DNA from: an uncultured Candidatus Saccharibacteria bacterium
GTDB lineage: Bacteria > Patescibacteriota > Saccharimonadia > Saccharimonadales > Saccharimonadaceae
Length of the DNA stretch: 64,000 nt
Assembly (NCBI GenBank): GCA_964532185.1
Contig: CAZHGO010000001.1
Coordinates: 2,897-66,896 of the forward strand
Reading direction: 5' to 3'
Below are positions 28,382 to 39,824 of this stretch, one piece after another. Numbering within the stretch: position 1 is the first letter of the stretch; the number at the start of each line of letters is the position of its first letter. A program made the translations under genes and the position numbers. The notes below the pieces were generated by a model. That model did no database searches. It was not told the DNA's origin and saw nothing but the letters and a program-made list of their open reading frames with translations.

Positions 28382-29758
28382 ATGAATGACCTATTAACCA
28401 CAAAAGAGATGCCGGACCGTTGGGGCGTTAGCGCCAAGCAAAATGCTAGAACCAAAACAATAGGTGACTATTGTGCCAGATTCGATGAAATTGAAAAAAA
28501 ATACAATATATTATACCCAGAGAGCAATAACGCTACATATACCAGTCTTTTAAATTACTCCGATGACCTAGAAAAGCCATTTCAGAGATGGTGTAGATAT
28601 AAAGAAGGATTTTCTACTCAATTAGTCCAAAATCTGATAAAACACTACTCTACACATACTTCTAATATCATACTTGATCCTTTCTCTGGTAGTGGGAGCA
28701 CGATATTGGCTGCTAATAAATTAGGGTACGAAGGCATCGGCTTTGAAGTCAATCCTTTTTCCTTCTACCTCTCAAAATGCAAACTGTGCAATTATACTAA
28801 TTCAGAAAAAAAAGAATTCGATGCCGCTTATAAAAAACTTCTAAAAGATATGCTTATTAAGAAAAGAGGCTACACGCTTCCGGCATTATCCATTAGTAAA
28901 AAGGTTTTTAATAAAAAAATTGAAAAAATAATGATGACATTAAAAGTCTTAATCGAGGAAAGCGAATATACAGATAATATTAAAAATCTTCTAAAGCTTG
29001 GTTGGCTTGCCAGTATAGAACCTTTATGCAACTACAGAAAAGCTGGCAACGGGCTAAAAATTAAAAAATATGTTAAACCCCGAATAATTACAGAAGATGA
29101 TGCTGTAAAAATATTACAAAATGAATATTCCGTTATGAGTGCAGACATTAGAGATGAAACCACCAAAAAACATTCTAAAATCTACAACACCAGCTGTCTA
29201 AATATGGGAAGTTATATTAAAGATAGTTCTATAGATGGAATAATTTTTTCACCTCCATATGCTAATTGTTTTGATTATACAGAAATTTACAAACTAGAAT
29301 TGTGGTTCGGGGGATTTGTGAAAGATTATTCCGAACTTAAAAAATTACGCAAATCATCGCTACACTCTCACTTAAATGGTGATCTAAAAATTGATGTAGA
29401 GCCAAAAAGTTCATTACTTACTGAGCTCATTAACGATGTACAAGCAAAGGATCTCTGGGACAAGCGCATACCAAAAATGCTGATCCTTTATTATGACGAC
29501 ATGTTTACAGTTATCGACGAATGTTACCGCTCTTTAGCTAAAGGCGGTTTTTGCTGCATTGTAGTCGGAAATTCTTCCTATGGAGGAGTAATATTTCCAG
29601 CAGACCTCATACTTGCAGATTATGCGGAAAGAATCGGATTTAAAATAGACAAAATTGTCGTGGATAGATATATAATTACAAGCTCGCAACAATACGAAAA
29701 AACAAAAGAAGCCGGTAGATTCCAAAGGGAGAGTATAGTATGTCTAGTGAAGAAGTAA
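28382..29758 (+). CDS. DNA methyltransferase M1 (N4-cytosine type, motif I before motif IV)
   Basis: RWCRYKEGFS, DPFSGSGST and SPPY. Confidence 0.9.
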   Translation: MNDLLTTKEMPDRWGVSAKQNARTKTIGDYCARFDEIEKKYNILYPESNNATYTSLLNYSDDLEKPFQRWCRYKEGFSTQLVQNLIKHYSTHTSNIILDPFSGSGSTILAANKLGYEGIGFEVNPFSFYLSKCKLCNYTNSEKKEFDAAYKKLLKDMLIKKRGYTLPALSISKKVFNKKIEKIMMTLKVLIEESEYTDNIKNLLKLGWLASIEPLCNYRKAGNGLKIKKYVKPRIITEDDAVKILQNEYSVMSADIRDETTKKHSKIYNTSCLNMGSYIKDSSIDGIIFSPPYANCFDYTEIYKLELWFGGFVKDYSELKKLRKSSLHSHLNGDLKIDVEPKSSLLTELINDVQAKDLWDKRIPKMLILYYDDMFTVIDECYRSLAKGGFCCIVVGNSSYGGVIFPADLILADYAERIGFKIDKIVVDRYIITSSQQYEKTKEAGRFQRESIVCLVKK

Positions 29759-30993
29759 TTGAAGTCGAACATCTTCCGCTAAAAATTGAAAATGGAGCAA
29801 CGTATTCAATTGTGCAAGCTAACCCAAATAACTATACGCACGGTATGTTTAAATATCCTTGCAAGTTTATTCCTGAAATTCCACGTTGGGGTATAAAAAA
29901 GTATTCTCACAAAAACACCGTTGTTTTTGATCCATTTGCAGGTAGCGGAACTTCATTATTGGAGGCTAATATACATGGCTACAACGCATTGGGCACAGAA
30001 ATCGACGATGTAGCGATACTACTCACCAAAGTCAAAACCAAGAAACTATCAAAAAAACAAATCAAGGAATTAAAAAAAATACAAGAAGAATTACTACAAA
30101 GATTTTCAAGAAACACACAAAGTAAATTTAGGCCAGTTATATCCAATCTTTCTCATTGGTTTTCCGATGATGCAATTAATAAATTGGGGCTTATCCGAGA
30201 CGAAATTAAAGCCCAAGCTGATATTGACATTGCCGACTTTCTCAAGGTCGTGCTAGTATCAATTATTAAAAAAGTGTCCTACGCCGATGATGCCTCTCCA
30301 AAACCATACGTATCAAATAATATCAAAAAAGTCCCTCCATCAGTAGATTCGTGCTTTGCCAATACTTATAGTAGATATATAAAAATGGTCGAGGAGCTCA
30401 ATAAAATAAGGGCATTAGGCAGTTCTGAAATAATTGGCAAGAGTGCGCTAAATTTTTCGTTGCCTCACAAAACAAACCTGGCCATAACTTCCCCTCCCTA
30501 CATCAACGCTTTTGACTATGGTAGAATTATGCGACTCGAAAACATCTGGCTGGATTTCAACGATGAAACTTCTTTAAGAAACAAGAAAAAATCCTATATT
30601 GGGACAGAAATTATAGGAAGAGATTTTGAACCAAAACATTCGGATATTCTCAAACGAAGTGACTTGCTCAAAAAATACGTCTCCACTATCGACAAAGTTG
30701 ATAAAAAGCGGGCGCTTATCGTTGAAAAATTTTTTGACGATATGCTCCAAAACATCCAGTGTGTACACGATAATTTGTGCGATAGAGGTAAATATATGAT
30801 TGTTATTGGAAATAGCAATATTAGAAAGCAAGAAATTGAGAGCTGGCGCGTGTTAGAACAACTTGCAAAAAGTATAGGCATGAAGACTGATTCCTATTTT
30901 AGTTATATAATAAAAAATCCGTATATTAGGATTCCGCGGAGTGGAAAAGGTGGAAAAATTGCAAAAGATTATATAATAGTAATGGAGAAATAA
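29740..30993 (+). CDS. DNA methyltransferase M2 (N4-cytosine type)
   Basis: YPCKFIPE, DPFAGSGTS and TSPPY. Confidence 0.9.
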   Translation: MSSEEVIEVEHLPLKIENGATYSIVQANPNNYTHGMFKYPCKFIPEIPRWGIKKYSHKNTVVFDPFAGSGTSLLEANIHGYNALGTEIDDVAILLTKVKTKKLSKKQIKELKKIQEELLQRFSRNTQSKFRPVISNLSHWFSDDAINKLGLIRDEIKAQADIDIADFLKVVLVSIIKKVSYADDASPKPYVSNNIKKVPPSVDSCFANTYSRYIKMVEELNKIRALGSSEIIGKSALNFSLPHKTNLAITSPPYINAFDYGRIMRLENIWLDFNDETSLRNKKKSYIGTEIIGRDFEPKHSDILKRSDLLKKYVSTIDKVDKKRALIVEKFFDDMLQNIQCVHDNLCDRGKYMIVIGNSNIRKQEIESWRVLEQLAKSIGMKTDSYFSYIIKNPYIRIPRSGKGGKIAKDYIIVMEK

Positions 30994-30997
30994 CACT

Positions 30998-32764
30998 ATG
31001 GCTACAAAAAATCGCACAAAAGAAATTTGGCTTATCCCAAAAAGGGTAAGCGTACATCAAGCAGTTTGCCTCATTGAGGGTATTCTTAATCGCAGTTACG
31101 ATGGTACAACCTGGAATCCTAACAAACAAAACGACCTCGGCGTAAATCTAAAGAGAAGAGGAGCAACAAAAGATGGCAGCAACATATCTTCTCAAGCAAT
31201 TAGGACGCTTGCGGCTCTCCCCCAGTATCTTGGCTTTTTATATATCGATACAAATAAAACCCCCAGCACTATAAATATTACCAAGGCTGGCCACCAGTTT
31301 TATAATATGCACAAAAACGAGCTAAAAACCGTCACTAACCTAGTGGCCGGTAAAGATGATATCATTACAACATCTAAGGCTGTTTTGCAGCAGATGGAAA
31401 AGCTCCAAATAACCAATCCCATAATTAATAAAGACTGCGAAAATATTTTTGTTTTTCCGTTTCGTTTTATGCTAAAAGTCTTACTCGAGGTAGACTATCT
31501 TGACCAAGAAGAAATTGCATATTTCTTGTTCAAAGTGAGAAATGAAGATGAGTTGAATCTTATAGTTCACGAAATTAAGAATTTTCGTAAACTTTCAATT
31601 TCTCAAAGAACCTCTATTATCGAAGCTTTTAAAAAGACCCATATAGGAAACATCACGCTTGTTCAGGCTGCCTCGTCCGGATACTATATCGCCCTATGCG
31701 AGGCGACTGGAATAATTGACAGAGTTAAAGTATGCCCAGAAAATAGAGAGGCGTCCATTCCGGCGCTACGTATTAACGAAAAATCTCTTGGATACGTAAA
31801 GAGTGAACTCGCAGAAAAGTTTGCTAATGTTAAAGTCTATGATTTTAAAGACAACCTTAATCTTTGGATTGATTATATTGGCGAGCCAAAACGTCTGACA
31901 CCTCCGATTGATGTTTCTCTGCATAACCAATCCGATGATGATTATTTAATTCAGATACACCAAGGGAACAAATACATTACAGATTGCATTATCAATGCTC
32001 ATGGGGCCGTAGAAAAGCCCATGTTTGCTGACGAAGAGTATATTATAAAAGTCATCGATTTAACCGACGGAGAATACGCAAATGACGTATCAATAAAGCC
32101 TACGTTCAGTCTTAGAAATTTTGATGTCGTTACCTCCAAAGGTTTAAAATTCAAAAAAGAGGAATCTCTTCAAGACATTATTGGCGAAATAGAAGAGCAT
32201 TGTGCATCTCAAAATTTTAACAATAAAACCCTAAATTACCTAAAAGCACTCAGAAAAGTTACCGGAATTGATAGAACACAAGACATGCAACTTCGCGGAG
32301 CATATTTGGAATATTATTTCTATAAATTATTATCTTTACTCAAACGTGGCCATCTAATAGATGACGTGGTTTGGAATGGTAAGTTAGACGCACGGTACAA
32401 TCTTCCGAAATCAGCGCCAGGAGGCAAAACCGGTACTCCAGATATAGTGTTTGCTATAGACGGCACACATTTTATTCTCGAATTAACAACTATCAAGGCA
32501 AAAGCACTTCAGTTTAGCGCCGAAGGAGCTTCGGTGCCCGACCATGTAAAAATCTATAACGAGAATAACAAAAATGAATGCATCGGGATATTTTCTGCTC
32601 CAATCATCCATCCAAGAACAGCGGCTTCGGTTAAATCTACTTCAAACAATAATGGAGTAGAGACTAAATGCATAGAGGTAAAAGAATTGCTTAAAATTTT
32701 ACAGCAAAAAGATAAGGAAAGTATCAAAAATTCTATTAAGAATTATAGTGAAGAAATAGCTTAA
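30998..32764 (+). CDS. AlwI-family-like Type IIS restriction endonuclease
   Basis: KLQITNP, IFVFPFRFMLKVL and C-terminal APGGKTGTPDIVF...ILELTT (PD...E-x-T); follows two MTases. Confidence 0.75.
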   Translation: MATKNRTKEIWLIPKRVSVHQAVCLIEGILNRSYDGTTWNPNKQNDLGVNLKRRGATKDGSNISSQAIRTLAALPQYLGFLYIDTNKTPSTINITKAGHQFYNMHKNELKTVTNLVAGKDDIITTSKAVLQQMEKLQITNPIINKDCENIFVFPFRFMLKVLLEVDYLDQEEIAYFLFKVRNEDELNLIVHEIKNFRKLSISQRTSIIEAFKKTHIGNITLVQAASSGYYIALCEATGIIDRVKVCPENREASIPALRINEKSLGYVKSELAEKFANVKVYDFKDNLNLWIDYIGEPKRLTPPIDVSLHNQSDDDYLIQIHQGNKYITDCIINAHGAVEKPMFADEEYIIKVIDLTDGEYANDVSIKPTFSLRNFDVVTSKGLKFKKEESLQDIIGEIEEHCASQNFNNKTLNYLKALRKVTGIDRTQDMQLRGAYLEYYFYKLLSLLKRGHLIDDVVWNGKLDARYNLPKSAPGGKTGTPDIVFAIDGTHFILELTTIKAKALQFSAEGASVPDHVKIYNENNKNECIGIFSAPIIHPRTAASVKSTSNNNGVETKCIEVKELLKILQQKDKESIKNSIKNYSEEIA

Positions 32765-32765
32765 A

Positions 32766-32795
32766 TAAAAAAGCGGCACCAAAAGCGCCGCTTTT
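32766..32795. terminator. Bidirectional intrinsic terminator
   Basis: AAAAGCGGC-loop-GCCGCTTTT between convergent genes. Confidence 0.75.
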
Positions 32796-32800
32796 CAAAT

Positions 32801-34312
32801 TTACCACAGAGGATATTTTTGTTGTAAGGCATAATTTTCTTCAAACATTTTTACCAGTCCCCGCACGGTTTTGGGCCCTCGCTTGATTATACCATTGATT
32901 AATGTGCTATATATCTTTCCGCAGACGCGATACTTTTGACGGGGATCAACCAAGGCGATAACGTCATAATCCCTCCTAGGAAGATAAAGCCTAACAGCAA
33001 TCATCATTCTAGGTTCAATACCTTTTTTTGGTCGCACCAAAATCTGTTTTGCGTCCCATGCAATATAAGATTTTTCGCTATTGGTGAGTAACACAGAAAA
33101 ATCTTTTATCAAGTCTATCGAGTCATTCTCGAGGATATAATATATTTTGTACGAAACATGAGGGCCTTGTTTTGGCTCACTCATAACCAGAATAACATTG
33201 CGTGTCATTTGACAATGGTAAGGATTGATATAGGAACAAACGCCTAGCCTGTAGGGGGAATAATCCCAATAAAAGCTGTCCAAACCTACCACAAAACACC
33301 TTATTTTTAGTAAGGAATTTTCCATAGAAATCCCATCTTGTGGTTTTTCAGTGATAGCAAGAAACGTGTGCTTCCCTGTGCGACAAACTCCTACACAATT
33401 TTCTCCGTGCATCTCCAGAGCGTAGATTCTATCTCTCCCCCCGATGTGATTAGAAATGATAAGAATATCACGAGATAGTTTTATTGTATAGTCCTTATCG
33501 TCAACTATGCAACCCAAGAAACTGCATCCATATTTAGGTAGTACCGGAATATAATGATTTTTCTCTATTAGCTTTGGTAAAATTAATTCGCCCCAATTAT
33601 TGATTGGTAAATAGGTATAGACAGAATCACCAGCTAAGTTCTTTTTTTCTGTAAATAATCCAGAAACTTTCTCGTCAGAACCCCCTAGATAATACCCGCC
33701 GCATTTTTCATAATAATTAGCGATCTTAACTTCTTCATAGCGCTCTCTTGCTAGCTTCACAAAACTATCAAAATCCGTTACGGTAGGGCTAGTAGAGCCA
33801 CAAAGCTCCAAACATGTCTCCACAGAGCATCCGTCACTCGTTGGTTCCACCAGAATAAAACGAGCTGTAAGATAAGGTACCTCAACCTTAATCTGCCTAG
33901 TGTCTTTTTCAACTACCACATGAATTTCTGGATCAACTAAGTTTCTAAAAACATCTCTTATTTCCAACCGATTAGCTACAGAATAAATGTGTGCATCTTT
34001 CAAAAAATCTTCAAAATAGAAAAATGCCCCATCAAATAAACCAGTCGCCTTTTCGACAAAAATCTTAGACAAGACTTTTGTTCCCTCTTTATAGGACAAT
34101 AGAATATGCGATAATAAATTTTGGGTTAGCACAACAAACTCATTCCTGTCTATCTGCCAAGCATCGCATTCCGAGCCAAGCTCAGGTACCGGAAAGACGA
34201 ATCTTTCACCGTCAAAATCCGTAAAAGAAATAGCTCCCAAGAATTCTGCCCCTCTAATGTCGCATAGATCCTCTAACGTCCAACATTCTACATCAGTATG
34301 TAGTTTTACCAT
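32801..34312 (-). CDS. Cys-rich hypothetical protein (503 aa)
   Basis: Long ORF with strong SD (AAAGGAGGTG) and its own TGc-TATAAT promoter; no recognised motif. Confidence 0.75.
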   Translation of the reverse strand: MVKLHTDVECWTLEDLCDIRGAEFLGAISFTDFDGERFVFPVPELGSECDAWQIDRNEFVVLTQNLLSHILLSYKEGTKVLSKIFVEKATGLFDGAFFYFEDFLKDAHIYSVANRLEIRDVFRNLVDPEIHVVVEKDTRQIKVEVPYLTARFILVEPTSDGCSVETCLELCGSTSPTVTDFDSFVKLARERYEEVKIANYYEKCGGYYLGGSDEKVSGLFTEKKNLAGDSVYTYLPINNWGELILPKLIEKNHYIPVLPKYGCSFLGCIVDDKDYTIKLSRDILIISNHIGGRDRIYALEMHGENCVGVCRTGKHTFLAITEKPQDGISMENSLLKIRCFVVGLDSFYWDYSPYRLGVCSYINPYHCQMTRNVILVMSEPKQGPHVSYKIYYILENDSIDLIKDFSVLLTNSEKSYIAWDAKQILVRPKKGIEPRMMIAVRLYLPRRDYDVIALVDPRQKYRVCGKIYSTLINGIIKRGPKTVRGLVKMFEENYALQQKYPLW

Positions 34313-34403
34313 AAAAACACCCTCCTTTTTTAAGATACTAGCAGTCTAAACTTAACTCTGTCAAAATTATAGCACCTGCAATCTCAAAACTCAAGCATAG
34401 ACT

Positions 34404-37400
34404 CTATTCGCTTCTCAAAGCTTCCACTGGATCTTTTTTAGAGGCGGCTTTAGCCGGGATTAACCCGCCGATCAAGGTCAGAACCACCGAAAGTATAATC
34501 AAAATTACTGCCGAAATCGGCTGAAGCTCGGCGTATAGAGGAATGTCGCCGATGAACGAATGTAAAATTGCATTAATTATCGGAATAAATAGATAAGTAA
34601 TGCCGATTCCAAATAGACCAGAGAGGAGCCCCACAATAAAGGTTTCCGCATTAAAGATATTTGAAATATTGCGTTTAGACGCACCGATTGCCCGAAGAAT
34701 TCCGATTTCCTTAGTTCTCTCATATACCGAAATATAAGTAATAATCCCAATCATGATTGAGCTAACTATAAGAGAAATTGACACAAACGCAATCAAGACA
34801 TAACTTACAGCATCTACAATCGCCTTAACCGAAGACATCAAAACTCCAGTCGTATCAGTATAATCAATTACTTTATCATCTTGTTTTAAGGTCTTCATTT
34901 TTTCATTGTAATCATCCAAGAACTTTATAAAGTTAGTTTTCCCATCAAAAGAACTAAAATAAAACGAAATTTGCTTTGGATCGTCTAGTGGCTGATAGCC
35001 CATCAATGCCAAATTAGTAGAAAGCGTAGACTGCTTTTTAGTAAACATCGCTTGGACCACGCGCGAAAGTTCTTCTTCTGTAAAGTTTAACTTAAACGCC
35101 CCCACAATTGCCGACTCATCTACGTGAAAAGCATTAGCAAAAGTATTAGTAAGATACGATGTGAGAGAGCCGACTTTGGTTAAAATTTCTTTTTTCATTA
35201 CCGCCTCAGTCATTTGGCCAGCCAAACCAGTAAAGACTTCATTTATAATCGCATTAGACTCTAAATCTTCAATCGAAAGTGCCAATGGGAAAACTTTCAA
35301 GAAAATCTGTCTGAATATTTCGGCCGGCACCAAATAACTATCTTCTAGATCGGCAAAATCTTGCTCATCGAAAAATGGTGCGATGCAAGTTAAATCATTA
35401 TCAGCGTCGCATTTCCCTTCACTAGCAAGACCGGACTTTCGCACCGAGAAACCATTTTTAAGGCTAGTGAGTCTGAAAAACAAAGCTTCTTTAGCTGGTG
35501 TAATATCTACTGTAATTTCATTAGAAATTTCCGAAATATACTCTTGAGATTTTGCAGAAACTGCCTTTTGGTCTATATTCACCCCAAAGGCTTTTGAAAG
35601 CGCCGCGGAATCTGCCGAGACCAAGTCCGAAAATTCAAAGTTAAAATCATTTTTATCCTCGCCAAATTTAGTGTTGGAAAATACATCGAGCGTTGGGTTT
35701 TCTAGCTGTTTTTTTACAATTTCGGTATTCTCAGATTTTTCTATAATATGCGTAATGAGTGATGGTAAATACAAAATACCACTACCTAACGAGAACGAAG
35801 AATCCGGCGTCACAATACCAACAATTTTAAGCTCCTCAGACTTATTATTATACACATCCATCATATAAGACGCATCTTCCGACATGTCTTCATAAACTTC
35901 ATATTTTTCGCTATATTTATATATATCTGCCGGCAAAATCAAACGAAGTTTAGCATTCAAAATATCATCATATTCAAGCGTCAAAGGGTCTTCAGAAAGG
36001 TCAACATCTTCCCCGCCCATAATTTTAGTAATATTGCTGCTAATTTTGTCGGTATCATGAAAACCCAGCGAATAAGTTAGAAAATCAGAAATTTTATTTG
36101 GGTTAGAAATAAATACCACCATTTCATTGTAATTTTCCGGATAACGCCCAGCTACTAATTTCATATCGGCTTTGATATTTTCTGGCGCATATTGTACAAA
36201 TGCCGAAGTAAGGCTAGAATAAGAATTCATTAAGGAATTACTTCCTAGAACTGTTTCAAACAAACTATTCGGGTTTAATTTAGCGAGCTCATCAGTGGCA
36301 TCAATTGTATAGATAATTGGGTCAATATTATATTCATTTTCAATTAACCTAATATCATCTTTCACTTCATTATAATGATTATCGAGATAGGTTCTAAAAC
36401 TTTTTAGATCATTTTTGGTGACATTACCAAGTGCCGACGACATAATTGGATCTTCATGGAGCTTGCCATCTTCCGGAACCGAACCCTCACTGCCGGTGAG
36501 GCTAAGGAGCACTCCAGCAATATTTGACGATTCCTTCATTAGCGCCAAAGGATAAGACGTCAGCGTATCCCTCTCAATTTTATCGATATAGCTTTGAAAA
36601 CCAGTAGATACAGACATAATCAGAGCAATGCCAATAATGCCAATTGAGCCAGCAAACGCCACTAAAATCGTGCGGCCTTTCTTGGTTAGCAGATTATTAA
36701 GCGACAACCCTAAAGCAGTAAAAAACGACATTCTGGTTTTGTGCTGTTTTTTAGCCGCTATGTCTTCATCTAGAAAAGTCTTCATCTTGCCGTCGTAGAT
36801 GTTTGAATCTGAAGTAACCTCACCATCTTGTAGAGTGATGATACGAGTAGCGTATTTTCTCGCCAAATCCGGATTGTGAGTAACCATAATTACCAATTTA
36901 GTTTTGGCGATTTTTTTCAGCAAATTCATAATTTGAATAGACGTATCAGAATCCAAAGCCCCCGTGGGCTCATCTGCCAGCAAAATATCCGGATTATTTA
37001 CGAGCGCACGAGCGATTGCTACACGTTGCATCTGCCCGCCAGAAAGCTGTGCCGGCTTTTTATTGATATGATCTTTCAAGCCTACTTCTTCTAGTGCATG
37101 GCGAGCTCGCCGTACCGCTTCTCTTTTGGAAATTCCAGAAAGTGTCAAAGCTAGCTTTACATTGTTTAAAATTGTTTGATGTGGAATCAAATTATAACTT
37201 TGAAACACAAACCCAATCCGGTGGTTGCGATATGCGTCCCAATCTTTATCTTTAAATTTTTTGGTAGAAATTTCGTTGATTTTAAGATCGCCCGCATCGT
37301 ATTCATCTAACCCGCCGATAATATTGAGAAGTGTAGTTTTGCCAGAGCCAGAAGGCCCCAAGATTGCGGCAAATTCTGATTGGCGAAAATTAAGATTGAT

Positions 37401-37469
37401 GCCTTTTAAAACTTTCTGGTCTTTGCTAGCAACATGATAAACCTTAGTAATCCCTTTTAACTCTAACAT
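34404..37469 (-). CDS. Fused ABC transporter ATPase/permease (MacB/FtsX-like)
   Basis: [30 protein letters not shown] and [14 protein letters not shown]. Likely start ATG 37469. Confidence 0.92.
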   Translation of the reverse strand: MLELKGITKVYHVASKDQKVLKGINLNFRQSEFAAILGPSGSGKTTLLNIIGGLDEYDAGDLKINEISTKKFKDKDWDAYRNHRIGFVFQSYNLIPHQTILNNVKLALTLSGISKREAVRRARHALEEVGLKDHINKKPAQLSGGQMQRVAIARALVNNPDILLADEPTGALDSDTSIQIMNLLKKIAKTKLVIMVTHNPDLARKYATRIITLQDGEVTSDSNIYDGKMKTFLDEDIAAKKQHKTRMSFFTALGLSLNNLLTKKGRTILVAFAGSIGIIGIALIMSVSTGFQSYIDKIERDTLTSYPLALMKESSNIAGVLLSLTGSEGSVPEDGKLHEDPIMSSALGNVTKNDLKSFRTYLDNHYNEVKDDIRLIENEYNIDPIIYTIDATDELAKLNPNSLFETVLGSNSLMNSYSSLTSAFVQYAPENIKADMKLVAGRYPENYNEMVVFISNPNKISDFLTYSLGFHDTDKISSNITKIMGGEDVDLSEDPLTLEYDDILNAKLRLILPADIYKYSEKYEVYEDMSEDASYMMDVYNNKSEELKIVGIVTPDSSFSLGSGILYLPSLITHIIEKSENTEIVKKQLENPTLDVFSNTKFGEDKNDFNFEFSDLVSADSAALSKAFGVNIDQKAVSAKSQEYISEISNEITVDITPAKEALFFRLTSLKNGFSVRKSGLASEGKCDADNDLTCIAPFFDEQDFADLEDSYLVPAEIFRQIFLKVFPLALSIEDLESNAIINEVFTGLAGQMTEAVMKKEILTKVGSLTSYLTNTFANAFHVDESAIVGAFKLNFTEEELSRVVQAMFTKKQSTLSTNLALMGYQPLDDPKQISFYFSSFDGKTNFIKFLDDYNEKMKTLKQDDKVIDYTDTTGVLMSSVKAIVDAVSYVLIAFVSISLIVSSIMIGIITYISVYERTKEIGILRAIGASKRNISNIFNAETFIVGLLSGLFGIGITYLFIPIINAILHSFIGDIPLYAELQPISAVILIILSVVLTLIGGLIPAKAASKKDPVEALRSE

Positions 37470-37490
37470 TATCAATAATTATACCAAAAA

Positions 37491-39149
37491 TTAGCGTCTT
37501 TGGCCAGCGTTCATCATCATATTTCCGCCATTTCCCACCGTGGTAGTGATGCTAGAAATTGTAAATGATTGATAAACTCCGCCATCTACATATATATAAT
37601 ATGTCTCGCCAGCTTTAAACTTACTACTTCCAGCCGCTAGATGGCTAAAAGTCTTAGCCGAAGTATGAGATATGATTGTGTCGCCATTAACATCCAAAAT
37701 AGTAACTTCGGTGCCTTTAGCTAAAGTAGAAGTAAAGTAGATACTTACATTGTAGACCGATGAAGTATTGCCAAGGCTCTCCGCCATACCGCTGGCGCCT
37801 ACCGCCACTACAGTGCCTCCATTCATCACGATTCCCGCACCAGAATCTAGCGCACCGTTACCATTATTGGTAGGCCCGTCAACCACTACATTGCCACCGT
37901 TAAAATATAACCAGCCATTAGAGTCGATACCATCACCTGCTGCGTTTACATAAATCGAGCCGCCGTTAATCACGAGTTCGCAGTTTTCGTTTGCGGCAAA
38001 TGGATTAGCTCCTGCCCGATTTTGCGAAGAAGAATCGGCTCCACCACCAGCGTTCATCCCGTCATCATTAGAAAAGACCGAAATCTCCCCTGCATTAATA
38101 GAAATTTTCTGAGCCTCCAAACCCTCGTAAGATTTAGTAATATTGATTTTTCCACCATCCACAATCAATCTCGCGTCTGCGTGAATTCCATCGTCAGAAG
38201 AAGAAATTTTAATATCTCCGTTAGTAATACCAACGTAATTATTGCTATGGATAGAATCGTCGACAGAAACGATGTCAAAATTGCCACCATATATTATTAT
38301 ACTGTTGGTAGCCTTAATACCTTTGCCGCTCGCTTTAATCGCCAAATTTCCATCTTCAATCAAGATGAAACCTTTAGTCGTATCGGTATCATTATTAGAC
38401 TTAACCGCATCAGCAGAAGAAGCAATATTGAATGTACCATTCGAAATATGCACAGAATCTTTCCCTCTAATTGCGTCATCCGCCGCAGTGATGTTGTATG
38501 TACCATTTCTAAAAGTCAGATCATCTTTAGAAACAATTCCATCACCATGGTTAGCCTTAATTGTGAGCGCACCATCGCCAGTAAACGCTAAATCTGATTT
38601 TGAATAAATCACCCCGTCTACATCCTCATCTAAACTAACATCATATTTCGCTCCGTCTTCAAGATAATTTACGCCATTAAGCTCAATTACCAAATCATCT
38701 GCAGTGTAGCAAGCAATCGTCGGACCGCTAGAATTTTTGATAGACACATTATTGAGCACCAAACGCACCACATCTTCCTTGGTAGCATTGATAATGATGC
38801 CGCCATCAGAAATCTCCCCACTAAGATAATAAGTCCCCGAGGTGGTAATCGTATAAGTATCAGAAAGTTCCACTTCATACGATGGATATCTTTCCCAATT
38901 GATATTGATATCACCATTATCTATGTTAACCGTCCCAGCTACATTAGCGGCATTATCGCCAGTATGACCATGGATTAAATTCAAGACCACTGCACAGACA
39001 ATCATAGCCACCAAGAGCAAAGTACCTGCTAAAATTCCCCAATTAAACTCAAACTTCTTGTTTGGTAACTCCTCAGAAGCAGGAGTCTTTATAGGAATAG
39101 GAGCATCTTGGGCCTCGCCATTCCAAAAATTCCTTTGGCCAGTAGTCAT
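37491..39149 (-). CDS. Cthe_2159/DUF4353-type carbohydrate-binding beta-helix protein
   Basis: Repeated DDAIRGK, DDSIHSN, DDGIHAD, YEGLEA, DDGMNA and DGIDSNG turns; N-terminal TM. Confidence 0.8.
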   Translation of the reverse strand: MTTGQRNFWNGEAQDAPIPIKTPASEELPNKKFEFNWGILAGTLLLVAMIVCAVVLNLIHGHTGDNAANVAGTVNIDNGDININWERYPSYEVELSDTYTITTSGTYYLSGEISDGGIIINATKEDVVRLVLNNVSIKNSSGPTIACYTADDLVIELNGVNYLEDGAKYDVSLDEDVDGVIYSKSDLAFTGDGALTIKANHGDGIVSKDDLTFRNGTYNITAADDAIRGKDSVHISNGTFNIASSADAVKSNNDTDTTKGFILIEDGNLAIKASGKGIKATNSIIIYGGNFDIVSVDDSIHSNNYVGITNGDIKISSSDDGIHADARLIVDGGKINITKSYEGLEAQKISINAGEISVFSNDDGMNAGGGADSSSQNRAGANPFAANENCELVINGGSIYVNAAGDGIDSNGWLYFNGGNVVVDGPTNNGNGALDSGAGIVMNGGTVVAVGASGMAESLGNTSSVYNVSIYFTSTLAKGTEVTILDVNGDTIISHTSAKTFSHLAAGSSKFKAGETYYIYVDGGVYQSFTISSITTTVGNGGNMMMNAGQRR

Positions 39150-39824
39150 TTAGAGCTCCTCTTCTAGCACGCACTGTGAAAGTGAAACTTTGAGATTACA
39201 ATTTTTGGTTCTAATCTCATCCATAAAAGCCTTTTCCTTCACCCCAGCCTTCAAACGAACATTGTAAGTAAGATCGTACAAACTCCCCATATTTACAGTC
39301 TTAGAAGAAATGAGTTCAGCATAAGAAGTATATTTTTTGAACGTATCTTTGAAGATATCTGTATAATCCATATCTTCCGGTACTACGATTTTGAGTACTT
39401 TGTCTTTTTTGTTTGGTTCCAAAATTGGAGCATAAGTAAATACAACGATTGCAACAATGGCAATTGCAGCCATCACCGCGCCAAATAGCACGTGCCCCAT
39501 TCCGCAAGACAGGCCAATCATCATCGCAAAGAAAATCGAAAGTAGATTCTTAGCATTACCACGCACCGAACGGAAACGAATCAAAGAAAACGCACCGAGA
39601 ATTGCAATAGAAGTGCCGAGACTACCATTAATCATAATCATCACCGCCATGGTGAGAAGTGGCAAGACCAAAAGCGTAATCAAAAACCCCTTGGTAGTAC
39701 CACGCGTAGTAAGTTTATGTGTGAGCGCCAACAATAGGCCCATACCTAGTGCCGCTGCTGCCGCAATTAAAGCGGTGTTGATTTCTAGCCCCGCCGTAGA
39801 GCTATCAAATATACTATTAAACAT
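39150..39824 (-). CDS. DUF4956 family membrane protein
   Basis: SLGTSIAILGAFSLIRFRS, IGLSCGMG and NLKVSL. Start ATG 39824 behind the SD GGAGG. Confidence 0.85.
   Translation of the reverse strand: MFNSIFDSSTAGLEINTALIAAAAALGMGLLLALTHKLTTRGTTKGFLITLLVLPLLTMAVMIMINGSLGTSIAILGAFSLIRFRSVRGNAKNLLSIFFAMMIGLSCGMGHVLFGAVMAAIAIVAIVVFTYAPILEPNKKDKVLKIVVPEDMDYTDIFKDTFKKYTSYAELISSKTVNMGSLYDLTYNVRLKAGVKEKAFMDEIRTKNCNLKVSLSQCVLEEEL

Noticed and set aside
30072-30079. A8 homopolymer in MTase M2 as a phase switch
   Set aside because: Short, in frame, and expected in A-rich DNA.
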